This document shows positions 20,101-30,395 of a DNA stretch of 39,545 bases, piece after piece. How positions within the stretch are numbered: the stretch's first letter is position 1; the number at the start of each line of letters is the position of its first letter. A model generated the notes under the pieces. That model was given only the letters and a program-made list of their open reading frames with translations, was not told the origin of the DNA and made no database searches. Source of the DNA: Gemmatimonadota bacterium. GTDB taxonomy: Bacteria > Gemmatimonadota > Gemmatimonadetes > Longimicrobiales > Gaopeijiaceae. Location of the stretch: NCBI GenBank assembly GCA_039589315.1, contig JBDHHQ010000048.1, positions 1-39,545 on the forward strand, in the 5' to 3' direction. The translations under genes were made by a program, and so were the position numbers.

Positions 20101-23100
20101 TCACGGCAGATCGGAGATGATCACGGGAAGCTTCCGCTCCCGCAACATCGCGTTGAGCGTCTCCACCTCCTGATTCATGAGCACCTCGAACCGGCGGCGT
20201 GTCTCGCCAAGGCGATCCGTGAGCACCTCGTGAACCTCCTTCTGGGGCACGGTTGGCGGAAAGTCCGCGCCGGTGGCCCCGAGGTCGTTGGCCAGTGCGC
20301 TGAAGCGACCGTAGAGGCGCATGGCGCTCCGGAACGCGTCCTCCCTGGCCCCGGTGAGGTTGATGTCGTAGAGCGTGCCCTCCACCGAGATCGCCTCGTC
20401 CAGGAGTCGGCTGGCCTCGGCGATCACTGCCTCGGCCTCCTCATCTCCGGCCAACATCTCGCTCAGGTCCTCGAGCTGCTTCCTGGCCCATTCGAGGCGG
20501 TCGATCATGTCCACCACTTCGTTGATCTGATCCCGCATCTGGAGCGACAGGGCCACCTGCGCCTCGATATCGTCCATGGTGCCCTCGGTGTGCGGGTCTT
20601 TGCGGACCTCGACCGACCGGGTCACCTCGTCGCTCTCACCGAAATTGATACGAACCGTGTAGGTGCCGGGCATGACCAGCGGGCCGAGCTGGCCCCGGTT
20701 GAGGTCCAGGTCCCACGTCCGGAGGGGTCGCCACCCCTCCGGGCCCAGCGGCACCCATGGCATGCCGGGAGGCGCGGTCCTGAGCTTGGCTCGCCGGGTG
20801 GGCTCGTACCGCAGGTCCCAGTAGGTCCGGTTGATGCCACGCTCGTTCGTGCCGCGCAGGGAGCGAACGGTGTCGCCGCCCGGACCCTCGATCACGATGG
20901 ATACCGGCTGGGTCGAGTCCGCCAACAGGTAGTTGATGTCTGCCCCGTACGTAGGATTCCGACCCGTCACGTGGCTGCGCTCGGTCTTGATCCCCTGGAT
21001 GGGCTGGAAGCGGTAGGCCGGGCGAATGTCGAAGACGTGGTGGTCCGCGGAGAGGACATCGGCGCTCAGAGCCCGTAGCGGGCCGATGTTGTCGAGGATG
21101 TAGAAGCCTCGCCCGTACGTGCCCACGACCAGGTCGTCGAAGTGCTCCTGGATCGTGAGCCAGTAGACGGGTGCCGGAGGCATGTTGATGCGCAGCTTGT
21201 TCCAGTTGGCGCCGTCGTCCAGGCTCATCCACACCGCGTTGTCCGTCCCGGCCCAGAGCATTCCCGGCCGCTCGGGGTCCTCCCGAACCACGTGGACGAA
21301 CGAGTGGACCGACCGCTCGATACCGTCACTGACCCGAGTCCAGCTCTCCCCATAGTCCGTGGTCTTGTAGATGTACGGATCGAAGTCGGCCACCTGATGC
21401 AGGTCGACCGAGATGTAGGCCGCACCGGCGTCGTACCGCGACGGCTCGATGTTGGCGATCGTCCCCCAGGGCGGCAGGTCGGGGAGGCGTGCGGTGAGGT
21501 TGGTCCACGTCTCGCCCCCGTCCCGGCTGAGCTGGAGTTGCCCGTCGTTGCTGCCGGCCCAGAGAAGCCCCTGCTCCAGCGGTGACTCGGCGAGGGCGAA
21601 GAGCACCGCACCGTCGAAGGTCATGAGGTTGTCGGTCGCGACGCCTCCGGATGACTGCTGGTGGCTCTTGTCGTTCAGGGTGAGGTCGGGGCTCACGGTC
21701 TCCCACGAATGACCCTGGTCCCGGGTCCGGTGGACGTGCTGGCTGCCCACGTACACGGTGTTGTGGTCATGGGGCGAGATGACGATCGGGAAGGTCCAGT
21801 GCCACCGGAAGCGCAGCTCAGACGGGGCCCAGCCGTAGGCCGCCTCGGGCCACACCCGGACGTTCCGTCGGTGCCGGGTGCGGTGGTTGTAGACTTCGAG
21901 GCCACCGTCGTAACAGCCCGACCACACGATGTCCGGATCGCCGGGGTCGGGGATGGAGAACCCGCTCTCGCAGCCGCCGACGTCGTGCCACAGCCCCAAC
22001 GGGATGGCGCCCATCCGGCTGTTGGACGGACCCCGATACGACCAACCGTCCTGGCGGTTGCCATAGACATTGTAGGGGACCTGGTCGTCCACCCACACGT
22101 GGTACATCTGGGCGATGGGGAGCGTCACCCGCTCGAAGGTCCTGCCGTGGTTGAGGCTGATCGTCAGCCCTCCGTCGTCCGCGACCATGATGCGGTCGGG
22201 ATTCAGCGGATCGATCCAGACGTCGTGGGTATCACCGCCTCCCCTGGGTGGGTTGTCCACCAGGGTCTTGCCACCGTCGACCGACATGCTGAAGCGCACG
22301 GACGCGAAGTAGATGCGGTCCGGGTTGGCCGGATCGATGCCGAAGCGGGTGTAGTAGGGCGCGCGCTCGTTGATAGTGTGATTGGTCAGGACCTTCCGCC
22401 AGGTGTCGCCGTGGTCGTCAGACCGGTAGAAGCCGGGGCTGGACTCCTCGGTCAGGACGTACACGCGATTGGGCTCGGAGGGGGCCACCTCCACCGCCAC
22501 CTTCCCCAGCGGCTCGTCGGCCGTGCCCGGGAGCCCTCGCCCCTCGCCCGACAGCCGCTCCCAAGTGTCCCCGCCGTCCATGGAGCGCCACACACCCGAG
22601 TGGGGGCCGCCGGAGTCGAGCATCCAGGTGTCGATCTGGAGCTGCCAGAACGAGGCGTAGAGGATGCGCGGGTTGGTGGGATCCATGGCCAGGTCGACGC
22701 ACCCGGCGCTCTCGTCGACGAAGAGGACGTGCTCCCAGGTCTCGCCGCCGTCCCGGGTCCGGTATACGCCTCGCTCGGGCTGCGGCCCATAGGCGTGGCC
22801 CAGCGCGCAGGCGAACACGACATCGGAGTCTCGCGGGTCGATGCGAATCCTGCCGATGCGACCCGTGCGACCCAGGCCTCGCTTCTGCCAAGAGCGCCCC
22901 GCGTCGGTGGAGCGGTAGATCCCGTCCCCCATGGCGTGGGCCGGGCGGATCAGGAACGTCTCGCCCGTGCCCGCCCAGATCACGTTGTGCTCCGACGGAG
23001 CCATGGCCAGGGCCGACACCGAAGAGGCCTCCTGGTCATCGAACAGAGACTCCCAGCTCACACCCCCGTCCGTTGTCTTCCAGAGACCCCCGGATGCCGC

Positions 23101-23307
23101 TCCGACGTAGATGACGAGCGGGTTGCCCGGCTCGCCGACGACCGCGATCGCCCGGTTACCGTCGGGACCGATGAAGCGGTAGCGAAGGCCGGACAGGAGC
23201 TCCCCGTCCACGCTCTGGCCGGCCAGCCTGTCTGCATCGCCGGCTCCGAGGGCTAGAGCGGCAACCAAGGCGATGACACGGCGTATGAGTCGCTCGGTGT
23301 ACCACAC
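20101..23307 (-). CDS. Second VPS10/BNR-repeat glycosyl hydrolase-like protein
   Basis: YRFIGPDGNR, Asp-box repeats, GGCESG, RWHWTFPI. Likely GTG start at 23307 after GAGG (the ORF track starts at 23343). Confidence 0.9.
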   Translation of the reverse strand: MWYTERLIRRVIALVAALALGAGDADRLAGQSVDGELLSGLRYRFIGPDGNRAIAVVGEPGNPLVIYVGAASGGLWKTTDGGVSWESLFDDQEASSVSALAMAPSEHNVIWAGTGETFLIRPAHAMGDGIYRSTDAGRSWQKRGLGRTGRIGRIRIDPRDSDVVFACALGHAYGPQPERGVYRTRDGGETWEHVLFVDESAGCVDLAMDPTNPRILYASFWQLQIDTWMLDSGGPHSGVWRSMDGGDTWERLSGEGRGLPGTADEPLGKVAVEVAPSEPNRVYVLTEESSPGFYRSDDHGDTWRKVLTNHTINERAPYYTRFGIDPANPDRIYFASVRFSMSVDGGKTLVDNPPRGGGDTHDVWIDPLNPDRIMVADDGGLTISLNHGRTFERVTLPIAQMYHVWVDDQVPYNVYGNRQDGWSYRGPSNSRMGAIPLGLWHDVGGCESGFSIPDPGDPDIVWSGCYDGGLEVYNHRTRHRRNVRVWPEAAYGWAPSELRFRWHWTFPIVISPHDHNTVYVGSQHVHRTRDQGHSWETVSPDLTLNDKSHQQSSGGVATDNLMTFDGAVLFALAESPLEQGLLWAGSNDGQLQLSRDGGETWTNLTARLPDLPPWGTIANIEPSRYDAGAAYISVDLHQVADFDPYIYKTTDYGESWTRVSDGIERSVHSFVHVVREDPERPGMLWAGTDNAVWMSLDDGANWNKLRINMPPAPVYWLTIQEHFDDLVVGTYGRGFYILDNIGPLRALSADVLSADHHVFDIRPAYRFQPIQGIKTERSHVTGRNPTYGADINYLLADSTQPVSIVIEGPGGDTVRSLRGTNERGINRTYWDLRYEPTRRAKLRTAPPGMPWVPLGPEGWRPLRTWDLDLNRGQLGPLVMPGTYTVRINFGESDEVTRSVEVRKDPHTEGTMDDIEAQVALSLQMRDQINEVVDMIDRLEWARKQLEDLSEMLAGDEEAEAVIAEASRLLDEAISVEGTLYDINLTGAREDAFRSAMRLYGRFSALANDLGATGADFPPTVPQKEVHEVLTDRLGETRRRFEVLMNQEVETLNAMLRERKLPVIISDLP

Positions 23308-23481
23308 GTTTCCCGCCTCACGTTGTAGGGCTTCAAGCTCCACGACACGACGGGTCGGCGTGGTGGAGCAGACCCGGGAAAAGGCCCGGCAGGGGATTGG
23401 CCGTCAAGCGGGGCCGCCCGGGGGGCCTGGTTACCGAGCGCCCTTCCCCGCGCTCCGCGGACCAAGCAGCTTCACGGAAGC

Positions 23482-25134
23482 ATGCACACTCTGATTCGAG
23501 CTATCGTGCCCTCTCCGGGTCCCACTCTCGCGAGATTCCTCGCTCCCCCGACCCGCGCCCCGGCGCCGTCTGGCGCCTGTCTCTTTGCCGAGCGCCTGCC
23601 CCTGCGGGGTCCACTCGCCGCGGGCCTGCTCGCGCTCGGGCTGCTTGTCGGGGGCCTCCCGGCTTCCGCGTGCGCGCAGCGATCCGACACCATCCACGTG
23701 CACCTGACCCTGGAGCAGGGGGCGTTGAGCGTTGAGATCGACTACCCGCCCATGCCGATCCAGAGAAGGGATCCTGGCGAAGGATGGGCACCCGTGTCGA
23801 TACCTGCGTTCGCGCTCTGGCCCTCGGCGGGGGCCAACTTCACGGAGGCCATCGCCGACCTGGAAGCGCGGGACGAAATGGGCCAGCCGCTTCTCGTCAG
23901 GGCCACGGGACCCCACGAGTGGGAGCTATCGGTGGGAGGGGGCAGCTTCACCATGGAATACCGGGTCCGCGCCCCGAAGGACTCCCTCGTCGGGTCGGAC
24001 GACGCCGGCCTGTTCGAGCCTACCCTGACAGGCGATCTGGTGGTTCTCTGGGGACGTTCCTGGTTCATGCGTCCCCTCGACCGGGTGCTCGCGGAGCTCC
24101 CCGTACGAGTCGCCGTGTCCGGCACCTACCCGGAGGCGGCCTTCCTCGGGGCCACCGACGGCCGATTTGCCAACGCCGAAGAGCTGTCTAGCTCGGTGCT
24201 GGTGGGCGGCAATCTCCGGACGCGGTGGGCCGGGTCGACGCCTGCGAGCCCCGAGGCCCGGCGGCCAGAGGCCGAGGGCTCCGGCCTCCGCTTCACCTTG
24301 CAGGGTGAGGATTGGCGCTTTTCGGACGACGACTTCGTCGAGACGATCGAGCGGATCGCCGTGGTGCAGTCCGAAGCCATGGGTTTCGATCCAGGCACTT
24401 CGACCGACGTCTTGCTCCTGCAGGGGTCGACGGCCCGGAGCGGAGGCAGGGCGGAGGGCAACGTGATTGCCATCTACCCCGATCCTGAGCTACCGCTGCT
24501 CGCCCGGGACCCCGAGACGCTCCGTCTGGCTGCGCACGAGCACTTCCACCGCTGGAACGGCGAGTACGCAGTCAGTGATCCGGCAGCCGACGAGGGACGC
24601 TACAAGTGGTTCCAAGAGGGCCTGACCGAGTACATGGCGTTCCGGACCCTCGTCGCGGCTCGGTTTCTCGAGCCCGCGGACTTCGTGTTCAAGGTCAACC
24701 AGTACATCGACAACTACCACCGGAATCCCACCGCTCTGGAAGCCACCGCCCAGGTCATGCAGAGGGACTACTGGACCGACCCCCGACTACAACGCCTGAC
24801 CTACGACAGGGGATTGCTGTTGGGGCTCATCATGGATGCCCGGATACGACGGCTCACGAGTGGCGAAGCGACGATCGTGGATTACCTCAAGGGCGTCATC
24901 TCGCCCGACGGACCGGTGACGTACGATGACGGCCTGTTGCTGGGTGAGCTGGAGACCCTCACGCGTCAGTCGTGGGAGGGGTTCTATCAGGCGTTCATGC
25001 TCGGTGCCGATCCCTTGCCCCTCGCCGAGCTCTGTGACGATGCGGGCTTCGACTGCCGGCAGGAACGGGAGGGAGAATGGCGGCTTGAGCCGACCGACCG
25101 GACGGCTCGGAGCCTGGCGCGACTCATGAGGTGA
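23482..25134 (+). CDS. M61-like (gluzincin) metallopeptidase without PDZ domain
   Basis: HEHFHRWN, WFQEGLTEY and Y.RG motifs. Start may be downstream of 23482. Confidence 0.8.
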   Translation: MHTLIRAIVPSPGPTLARFLAPPTRAPAPSGACLFAERLPLRGPLAAGLLALGLLVGGLPASACAQRSDTIHVHLTLEQGALSVEIDYPPMPIQRRDPGEGWAPVSIPAFALWPSAGANFTEAIADLEARDEMGQPLLVRATGPHEWELSVGGGSFTMEYRVRAPKDSLVGSDDAGLFEPTLTGDLVVLWGRSWFMRPLDRVLAELPVRVAVSGTYPEAAFLGATDGRFANAEELSSSVLVGGNLRTRWAGSTPASPEARRPEAEGSGLRFTLQGEDWRFSDDDFVETIERIAVVQSEAMGFDPGTSTDVLLLQGSTARSGGRAEGNVIAIYPDPELPLLARDPETLRLAAHEHFHRWNGEYAVSDPAADEGRYKWFQEGLTEYMAFRTLVAARFLEPADFVFKVNQYIDNYHRNPTALEATAQVMQRDYWTDPRLQRLTYDRGLLLGLIMDARIRRLTSGEATIVDYLKGVISPDGPVTYDDGLLLGELETLTRQSWEGFYQAFMLGADPLPLAELCDDAGFDCRQEREGEWRLEPTDRTARSLARLMR

Positions 25135-25147
25135 GGAGTCGGCCGCT

Positions 25148-26134
25148 CTACAGGTACGGGTCGCTCGTCGCCAGGTACCGGGTCACGTAGTCCATGACGC
25201 CTTCGGCTACGTCTGCGAACGGCTCCGAGTAGCCGGCCGACCGCAGACGCCCCATCTCGGCTTGGGTGTAGTACTGATACCTGTCCCGGATCTCCGCCGG
25301 CGTATCTACCCAACGGAATCCCGGCTCGTTACCGACGGCGGCGAACAGCGCCTCGATGAGCTCGCGAAAGGTCTGGCCCCGCCCGGTACCCACGTTGAAG
25401 AGACCGCTCACCTCGCGGTTCCTCAGCAGCCAAAGCATCACCTTCACGCAGTCGCCTACGTAGACGAAATCCCGGGTCTGCCCGCCGTCCTCGTAGGCGG
25501 GGAGGTGGGAGCGGAACAGAGTCACGGACTCGCCGGCGGCAGCCAACGGGAAGGACTTGGCGACGATGCTCTGCATGTCGCCTTTGTGGTACTCGTTGGG
25601 TCCGTACACGTTGAAGAACTTCAGGCCGGCCCACTGGGGCGGCGCCGGGTCACCTGCCACGACCCGGCGGGCCACCCAACGGTCGAACAGGTGCTTGCTC
25701 CAGCCGTAGGCGTTCATGGGACGGAGTCGGGCCAGGCCCTCTGGCGAGCCGTCATCGTCGAAGCCCTCCGACCCGTCACCGTACGTGGCGGCGGACGACG
25801 CGTAGACGAACGGGATGTCCGACTGAGCGCACCAGCGCCACAGGGATTGAGAGAGCCGGAAGTTGGTCTCGACGATGAGGTCCGCGTCTCGCTCGGTCGT
25901 GGCCGAGATCGCTCCCATATGGAAGACGTAGCGGACACGCGCACCGTACAGCCGGAGGAAGTCGGAAAGACCGTCAGGGTGTACGAGCTCGTCGACACCG
26001 TGTTTGGCCAGGTTCCTCCACTTGTCGCTCTTGCCGAGCCGGTCGCATACGGCCACGGCGGCGACGCCTTCCCCCAGGAGCCCCGCAACCAGGTTCGATC
26101 CGATGAATCCGGCCCCGCCGGTCACGAGAATCAT
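25148..26134 (-). CDS. hldD: ADP-L-glycero-D-manno-heptose 6-epimerase
   Basis: MILVTGGAGFIGSN, YASSAATYG, YGWSK, FFNVYGPNEYHKG and YQYYTQA. Confidence 0.95.
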   Translation of the reverse strand: MILVTGGAGFIGSNLVAGLLGEGVAAVAVCDRLGKSDKWRNLAKHGVDELVHPDGLSDFLRLYGARVRYVFHMGAISATTERDADLIVETNFRLSQSLWRWCAQSDIPFVYASSAATYGDGSEGFDDDGSPEGLARLRPMNAYGWSKHLFDRWVARRVVAGDPAPPQWAGLKFFNVYGPNEYHKGDMQSIVAKSFPLAAAGESVTLFRSHLPAYEDGGQTRDFVYVGDCVKVMLWLLRNREVSGLFNVGTGRGQTFRELIEALFAAVGNEPGFRWVDTPAEIRDRYQYYTQAEMGRLRSAGYSEPFADVAEGVMDYVTRYLATSDPYL

Positions 26135-26332
26135 GCGGAGGTTACCACCCTGCGCGTCGACGGATCGGTCTGCGCGGACCCGGCCCCCCAACCGATGCGG
26201 GGCTTGCGGTGATGAGCTCTGGTCATGGTCGGTTCGTGCGGAGGGTGTCGTCGTCGCAGCACCGCGAGCGTTCGCCTACACCCGCGGCGTGACGGGGGTT
26301 CGGAATCGGGGGCGGACGATGGCGGACGGAGC

Positions 26333-29300
26333 TCACCCCGGTGTCGTGGCCTGCACCGAAGTCCGGGGGGAGCACCCGGCGACGTTGCAGGCGCGGACCT
26401 GGAACTCGTACAGGCGCCGGCGCTGCAACCCGGTCACCGTGTACTGGGTGGTGTTGGGGCCCCGGGGGTCGGCCTCGTTCCAGCTCCCACCCTGATTCAC
26501 TCGCCTCCACCGGATCTCGAACCACTCCTCGTTGTCACTGTTGTCGGTCCAGCTCAGCCGCACCGAGGATTCGGACAGAACCGTGGCGTTCAGGTCGGTC
26601 ACCGCTGCGGGCGGCGTGGGTGCGGACGGTGTCGTCGCGGTCGCCACGTTGGAGAAGTCGGAGCAGCCTCCCAGGCCGCAGGCCTGGACGCGGTAGGAGT
26701 ACTCCGTCTCGGGCGAGACCCCATCGGAGTGTGCGGTCACGTTCGGACCCGTGGACGTCACGCGGGACCAATCGCCCCCGTTGACCCTCCGTTCCAGCCT
26801 GAAGCTGTCCTCGTCGGGGCTGTTGTCGGTCCAGGCCAGTTCGACCTGCTCGTGGGAGACGGCAGTCGCCGACAACCCCGAAGGGGCCACCGGCGGAGGC
26901 GGCAGCGGCGTGCTGACTCCCGCCACGTTGGACGGCGCGGAGCACTGGGTACCCGCACAGGCGAGGACCCGGTAGTCGTATGAGGTGCCCGGCGCGACGG
27001 ACCGGTCCGAGTACGAGTCGGCGTCGGCGCCGGCGGTGGCGATCTCCGCCCAGGTGCCCCCACCGGCGGGACGGCGCTCGATGGAGAATCGGTCCTCGTC
27101 GTCGCTGTTGTCCGTCCAATCCAGGTCGACCTGGTTCGGTGAAACGGCTGCCGCTCCCAAGCCCGACGGCGCTGCTGGCGGAGGCAGTGCCGGCGTCGTG
27201 GCGCTGGCCGTGTTGGACGGTGCCGAGCACAACTCCCCGGAGCAGGCGAGGACCCGGTAATCGTACGAGGTGCCCGGCGCGACGGACTGGTCCGAGTACG
27301 AGTCGGCGTCGGCGCCGGCGGTGGCGATCTCCGCCCAGGTACCCGCACCGCCCGGACGGCGCTCGATGGAGAATCGGTCCTCGCCGTCACTGTTGTCCGT
27401 CCAGGTCAAATCCACATGGTTGGGTCCCACGGCGGTGGCGCCGAGCCCGGAGGGCGCCTCCGGGGCGGTCGTCGTCGTGGGGGTCGTGACACTGGCGGCG
27501 CTCGAAGGTGGGGAGCACAGGTCGCCGGCGCAGGCGAGGATCCGGTAGTCGTACGACGTTCCCTCCGTCACCGACCGATCGGAGTACGCGACCACGTCAG
27601 GCCCTACGGTGGCCACTTCTTGCCAGGCGTTCGCGCCGCCGGCACTGCGCTCGACCGAGAATCGGTCTTCGTCCCCGCTGTTGTCGGTCCAGGCGAGGTC
27701 CACCTGGTCCGGGGCCACTGCCACCGCCGAGAGACCGCTGGGAGCAGAGGGGGGACTGCCCATGACCAGATCGACGCGGATGGTCTGGGGCGAGTTGGAC
27801 GCCTGGGGCGAGGATACCGCGACTGTAGCGCCGTAGTTGCCGCTGGCGAGATCGCCCAGGACTGTCCTCAGCTCGAGGTCGGTGGGGGCCTCCGTGGCCA
27901 GCAGCGCTGCCTGGAGCCAACCCTGGGCCTGACCGTCGTCGTAGCTCACGGTCTCGACCAATCCCGCGAGGTCCCCACCGCCTCCGTTCGTCACCGCCAC
28001 CGTGACCGGAGCCGGATCAGCACCACCGGGGAGCCCGGCGAACCGCACGAGGGACTCGGATAGGACGATGGTCGGTGACCGGTCACCGACCGTAAGGGTC
28101 ACGGCGACCGTCTGAGGACTGTTCACCGCGACCGGCGAACTGACCGCGACCGAGGCCGTGTATCTGCCAGGTGCCCTTCCGGCCGGATCCACCGCAACCT
28201 GCAGCGCCGTGGGGGCGGTGTCCTGGTCCAGCGTCGCGTCGACCCACCCGGCGGGGCCGGTCCCGTAGTCCACCGCCACGGTAAGGCCCGAAAGCACGCC
28301 ACCCCCTCCGTTGTCCACATTGACGGACCGACTGGCGGGCGGCCCTGCTCCCTCCTGGACGTTGAAGTCGAGGCTGGATCCGCTCAGCACGATGGTGGGT
28401 GGCGGCTCCGTAATCACCAACGAGACGATGACGGACTGGGGGCTGTTCAGCGCGACCGGCGACAGGACGTCCACGGTGGCCGTGTATGCGCCTGCGACCA
28501 GCCCGACGGACGAGGCGGACAGCGAGAGGGTCGCAGGCGCGGTCGTGGGGCTCAACGACGCGACGAGCCAGCCGGTGGGCTCCCCGGCACCATAGGTGAC
28601 ACCGGCCCCCAGTCCCGTCAGTGCCTGGCTGCCCAAATTCATCACGGTGACGGCGGCCTGCGCCACCGTGGCGTCGCCCGGGCCGCGCTCGAACTCGACG
28701 GTCGACTCGGACAGGCCGATCACGGGCGCTGAGTCGCTCAGGTCGAAGGTGACTGTGATGGCGCCGGTGCTCGACCCCGCGGAGGCCACGCGCACGAGCG
28801 CCACGTAGGTGCCAGGCTCCAGAGCGTCGGCTCGCGCCGACAGCCGGAGGCTGGTGGGAGCGGATTTGCCGGCCAGCGTGGCCTCCAGCCACCCTGCGGA
28901 GCCAGTGACGTACTCGACACTGGTAACCAGTCCCTGTAGCGCCCCGGCGCCGTCGTTGAAGATCGCGACGGTGATTGGCGCGGGGTCGGGTCCGTCGGCC
29001 GAGCCCTGGAAGATCACGTCAGGCCGGGAGACGCCCACCGTGGGGCCACGCAACACGGTGACAGCGCTGGAGGCTGACGCCGTCTCGACGAAGGCGCGAA
29101 CCGCCGTGACGCCCTCGCGGAGCCCCACGACCATGCCGGACCCGTCGACGGCCGCGACTTCGGGCTCGTCCGTGGACCAGATGATCTCACGACCCGAGAG
29201 CCGGTTGCCCTGGCTGTCAGTGATGACGACGCTGAGCTGGACGCTGTCGCCCTCGATCAGGGACGCCTCGGGCGGCGTGAGCTGCACGGACGCAACGGTC

Positions 29301-29389
29301 GCCGTGACGACGGTGACCTTCTCGCACGACGCCGTGAGGGCGGCGCCTAGCAAGAGCCCAACGAGACCGGGTCCTCCGCGTTTCAACAA
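26333..29389 (-). CDS. Large surface lipoprotein: one Ig-like (Big_2), four BACON-like and five fibronectin type III domains
   Basis: Lipobox LTASC; WSTDEPEVAAVD Ig motif; four repeats with N.G.G.L.GL...GW; five P.APSGL.A...WTDNS..E repeats. Confidence 0.88.
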   Translation of the reverse strand: MLKRGGPGLVGLLLGAALTASCEKVTVVTATVASVQLTPPEASLIEGDSVQLSVVITDSQGNRLSGREIIWSTDEPEVAAVDGSGMVVGLREGVTAVRAFVETASASSAVTVLRGPTVGVSRPDVIFQGSADGPDPAPITVAIFNDGAGALQGLVTSVEYVTGSAGWLEATLAGKSAPTSLRLSARADALEPGTYVALVRVASAGSSTGAITVTFDLSDSAPVIGLSESTVEFERGPGDATVAQAAVTVMNLGSQALTGLGAGVTYGAGEPTGWLVASLSPTTAPATLSLSASSVGLVAGAYTATVDVLSPVALNSPQSVIVSLVITEPPPTIVLSGSSLDFNVQEGAGPPASRSVNVDNGGGGVLSGLTVAVDYGTGPAGWVDATLDQDTAPTALQVAVDPAGRAPGRYTASVAVSSPVAVNSPQTVAVTLTVGDRSPTIVLSESLVRFAGLPGGADPAPVTVAVTNGGGGDLAGLVETVSYDDGQAQGWLQAALLATEAPTDLELRTVLGDLASGNYGATVAVSSPQASNSPQTIRVDLVMGSPPSAPSGLSAVAVAPDQVDLAWTDNSGDEDRFSVERSAGGANAWQEVATVGPDVVAYSDRSVTEGTSYDYRILACAGDLCSPPSSAASVTTPTTTTAPEAPSGLGATAVGPNHVDLTWTDNSDGEDRFSIERRPGGAGTWAEIATAGADADSYSDQSVAPGTSYDYRVLACSGELCSAPSNTASATTPALPPPAAPSGLGAAAVSPNQVDLDWTDNSDDEDRFSIERRPAGGGTWAEIATAGADADSYSDRSVAPGTSYDYRVLACAGTQCSAPSNVAGVSTPLPPPPVAPSGLSATAVSHEQVELAWTDNSPDEDSFRLERRVNGGDWSRVTSTGPNVTAHSDGVSPETEYSYRVQACGLGGCSDFSNVATATTPSAPTPPAAVTDLNATVLSESSVRLSWTDNSDNEEWFEIRWRRVNQGGSWNEADPRGPNTTQYTVTGLQRRRLYEFQVRACNVAGCSPRTSVQATTPG
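26950..27450 (-). repeat. Highly similar FN3-coding tandem duplication, period 285 bp
   Basis: tccgagtacgagtcggcgtcggcgccggcggtggcgatctccgcccaggt occurs at both 27006 and 27291. Confidence 0.85.
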
Positions 29390-29863
29390 GACCGACCCAC
29401 TCCCTGTCGTGGTTACCTCATTCCACGGGCCATGTCGACACTTCCGCCACCGAGCCGTCGGTCAACCCGGAGGGTGACCTGGAAGGGGCGGTGCCGGGAG
29501 GGTCTGAGCCGGCGGAGGGCATCGGCGACTGCTGATCGAGCCCGTCGCGGATCCCGGAGGCAAATCGGGTAAGGAAGTATTGGGTAACAGATGTTTATCG
29601 CGCAAGCGCGCTGGGATGGGGTCCCTCGGACCCGCGCCTTCGGCCGACGGGGTACGTCCTTGATGAGCGCCTCTTCGTTCACCCGGCCTGTCGTGAAGTC
29701 CGGACGCGCCTCCAGACCCACTCGCGGCCGCATCGTCGCCGGGACGCTGGCGGTCAGCTTCAACGCCGCCATGGGGGGAGAAGCGTCCGGGACGCGGCTC
29801 TCCGGTATCGGGCCCGGCGGCTTGATGACCCGACACCGCATCGTGACGGGGACACGCCTGCAG

Positions 29864-30391
29864 TCAGTGGTGGGCCCTGACAGAAACGTGCCCCGCTACT
29901 ACACGACGCATGTTGGGCCTGGCCAGTCCCCGCAGCCCGATCGGCTCCCCGGTGACGAAGCTCAGGCCGAGGAGCAGCGCACCACCCGTGAGCATCTGCA
30001 TGCCGGTCGCCAGCCGGGGCGTGGGGGGCGCCACCGCGTGCCTTGAGTAGACCGAGCCCGTTGCCCACGAAAGCGCCGCCAGTAGGACCACCACTCCGGC
30101 GACGAGGCCCATGTACCCGTCGGCCGAGCCCGGCTCACCCACAAGGAGCAACACCCCGCAAAGGCCGAGGGCCAGACCGGCCAGGACTCCGGAGTCCGGG
30201 CGCCGCGCACGAGTCCAGAACCAATCCAGAAGAACCATGAAGAGGGGCACGGTGGGCACGAGAAGTGCCGCCAGCCCCGACGGGATGTACTGCTCGGCCC
30301 AGACCACGCCACCGTTTCCGCCGAGGAGGAGGAGGCCACCGATCAGGGTTGCGTCACGCCACTGGCGCAGCGTGGGTCGGGGGCGTGGCGT
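29864..30391 (-). pseudogene. EamA/YedA-like DMT transporter internal fragment
   Basis: PRPTLRQWRDATLIGGLLLLGGNGGVVWAEQYIPSGLAALL...SWATGSVYS...MQMLTGG. There is no start codon after the upstream stop at 30396, the N-terminal helices are missing, and similarity ends near 29945. Confidence 0.75.
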
Positions 30392-30395
30392 GGCC

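Noticed and set aside
21661..23256. Long antisense ORFs (also 6734..8329, 2355..3410, 25262..26212, 39042..39518)
   Set aside because: Shadow frames of well-supported genes in GC-rich DNA, with no recognisable motifs.
26950..27760. Repeats as a CRISPR array or mobile element
   Set aside because: They are in-frame FN3 domain repeats without a repeat-spacer pattern, and no cas or transposase genes are present.
29389..29416. Third ECF-like motif (GTAAC-N18-GGTC, - strand) before the FN3 gene
   Set aside because: The spacer is one base longer, the CCmAAC tail is absent, and it abuts the start codon; probably chance.
29413..29860. Short ORFs between the FN3 gene and the eamA fragment
   Set aside because: No recognisable motif or RBS, and no eamA C-terminal continuation was evident.
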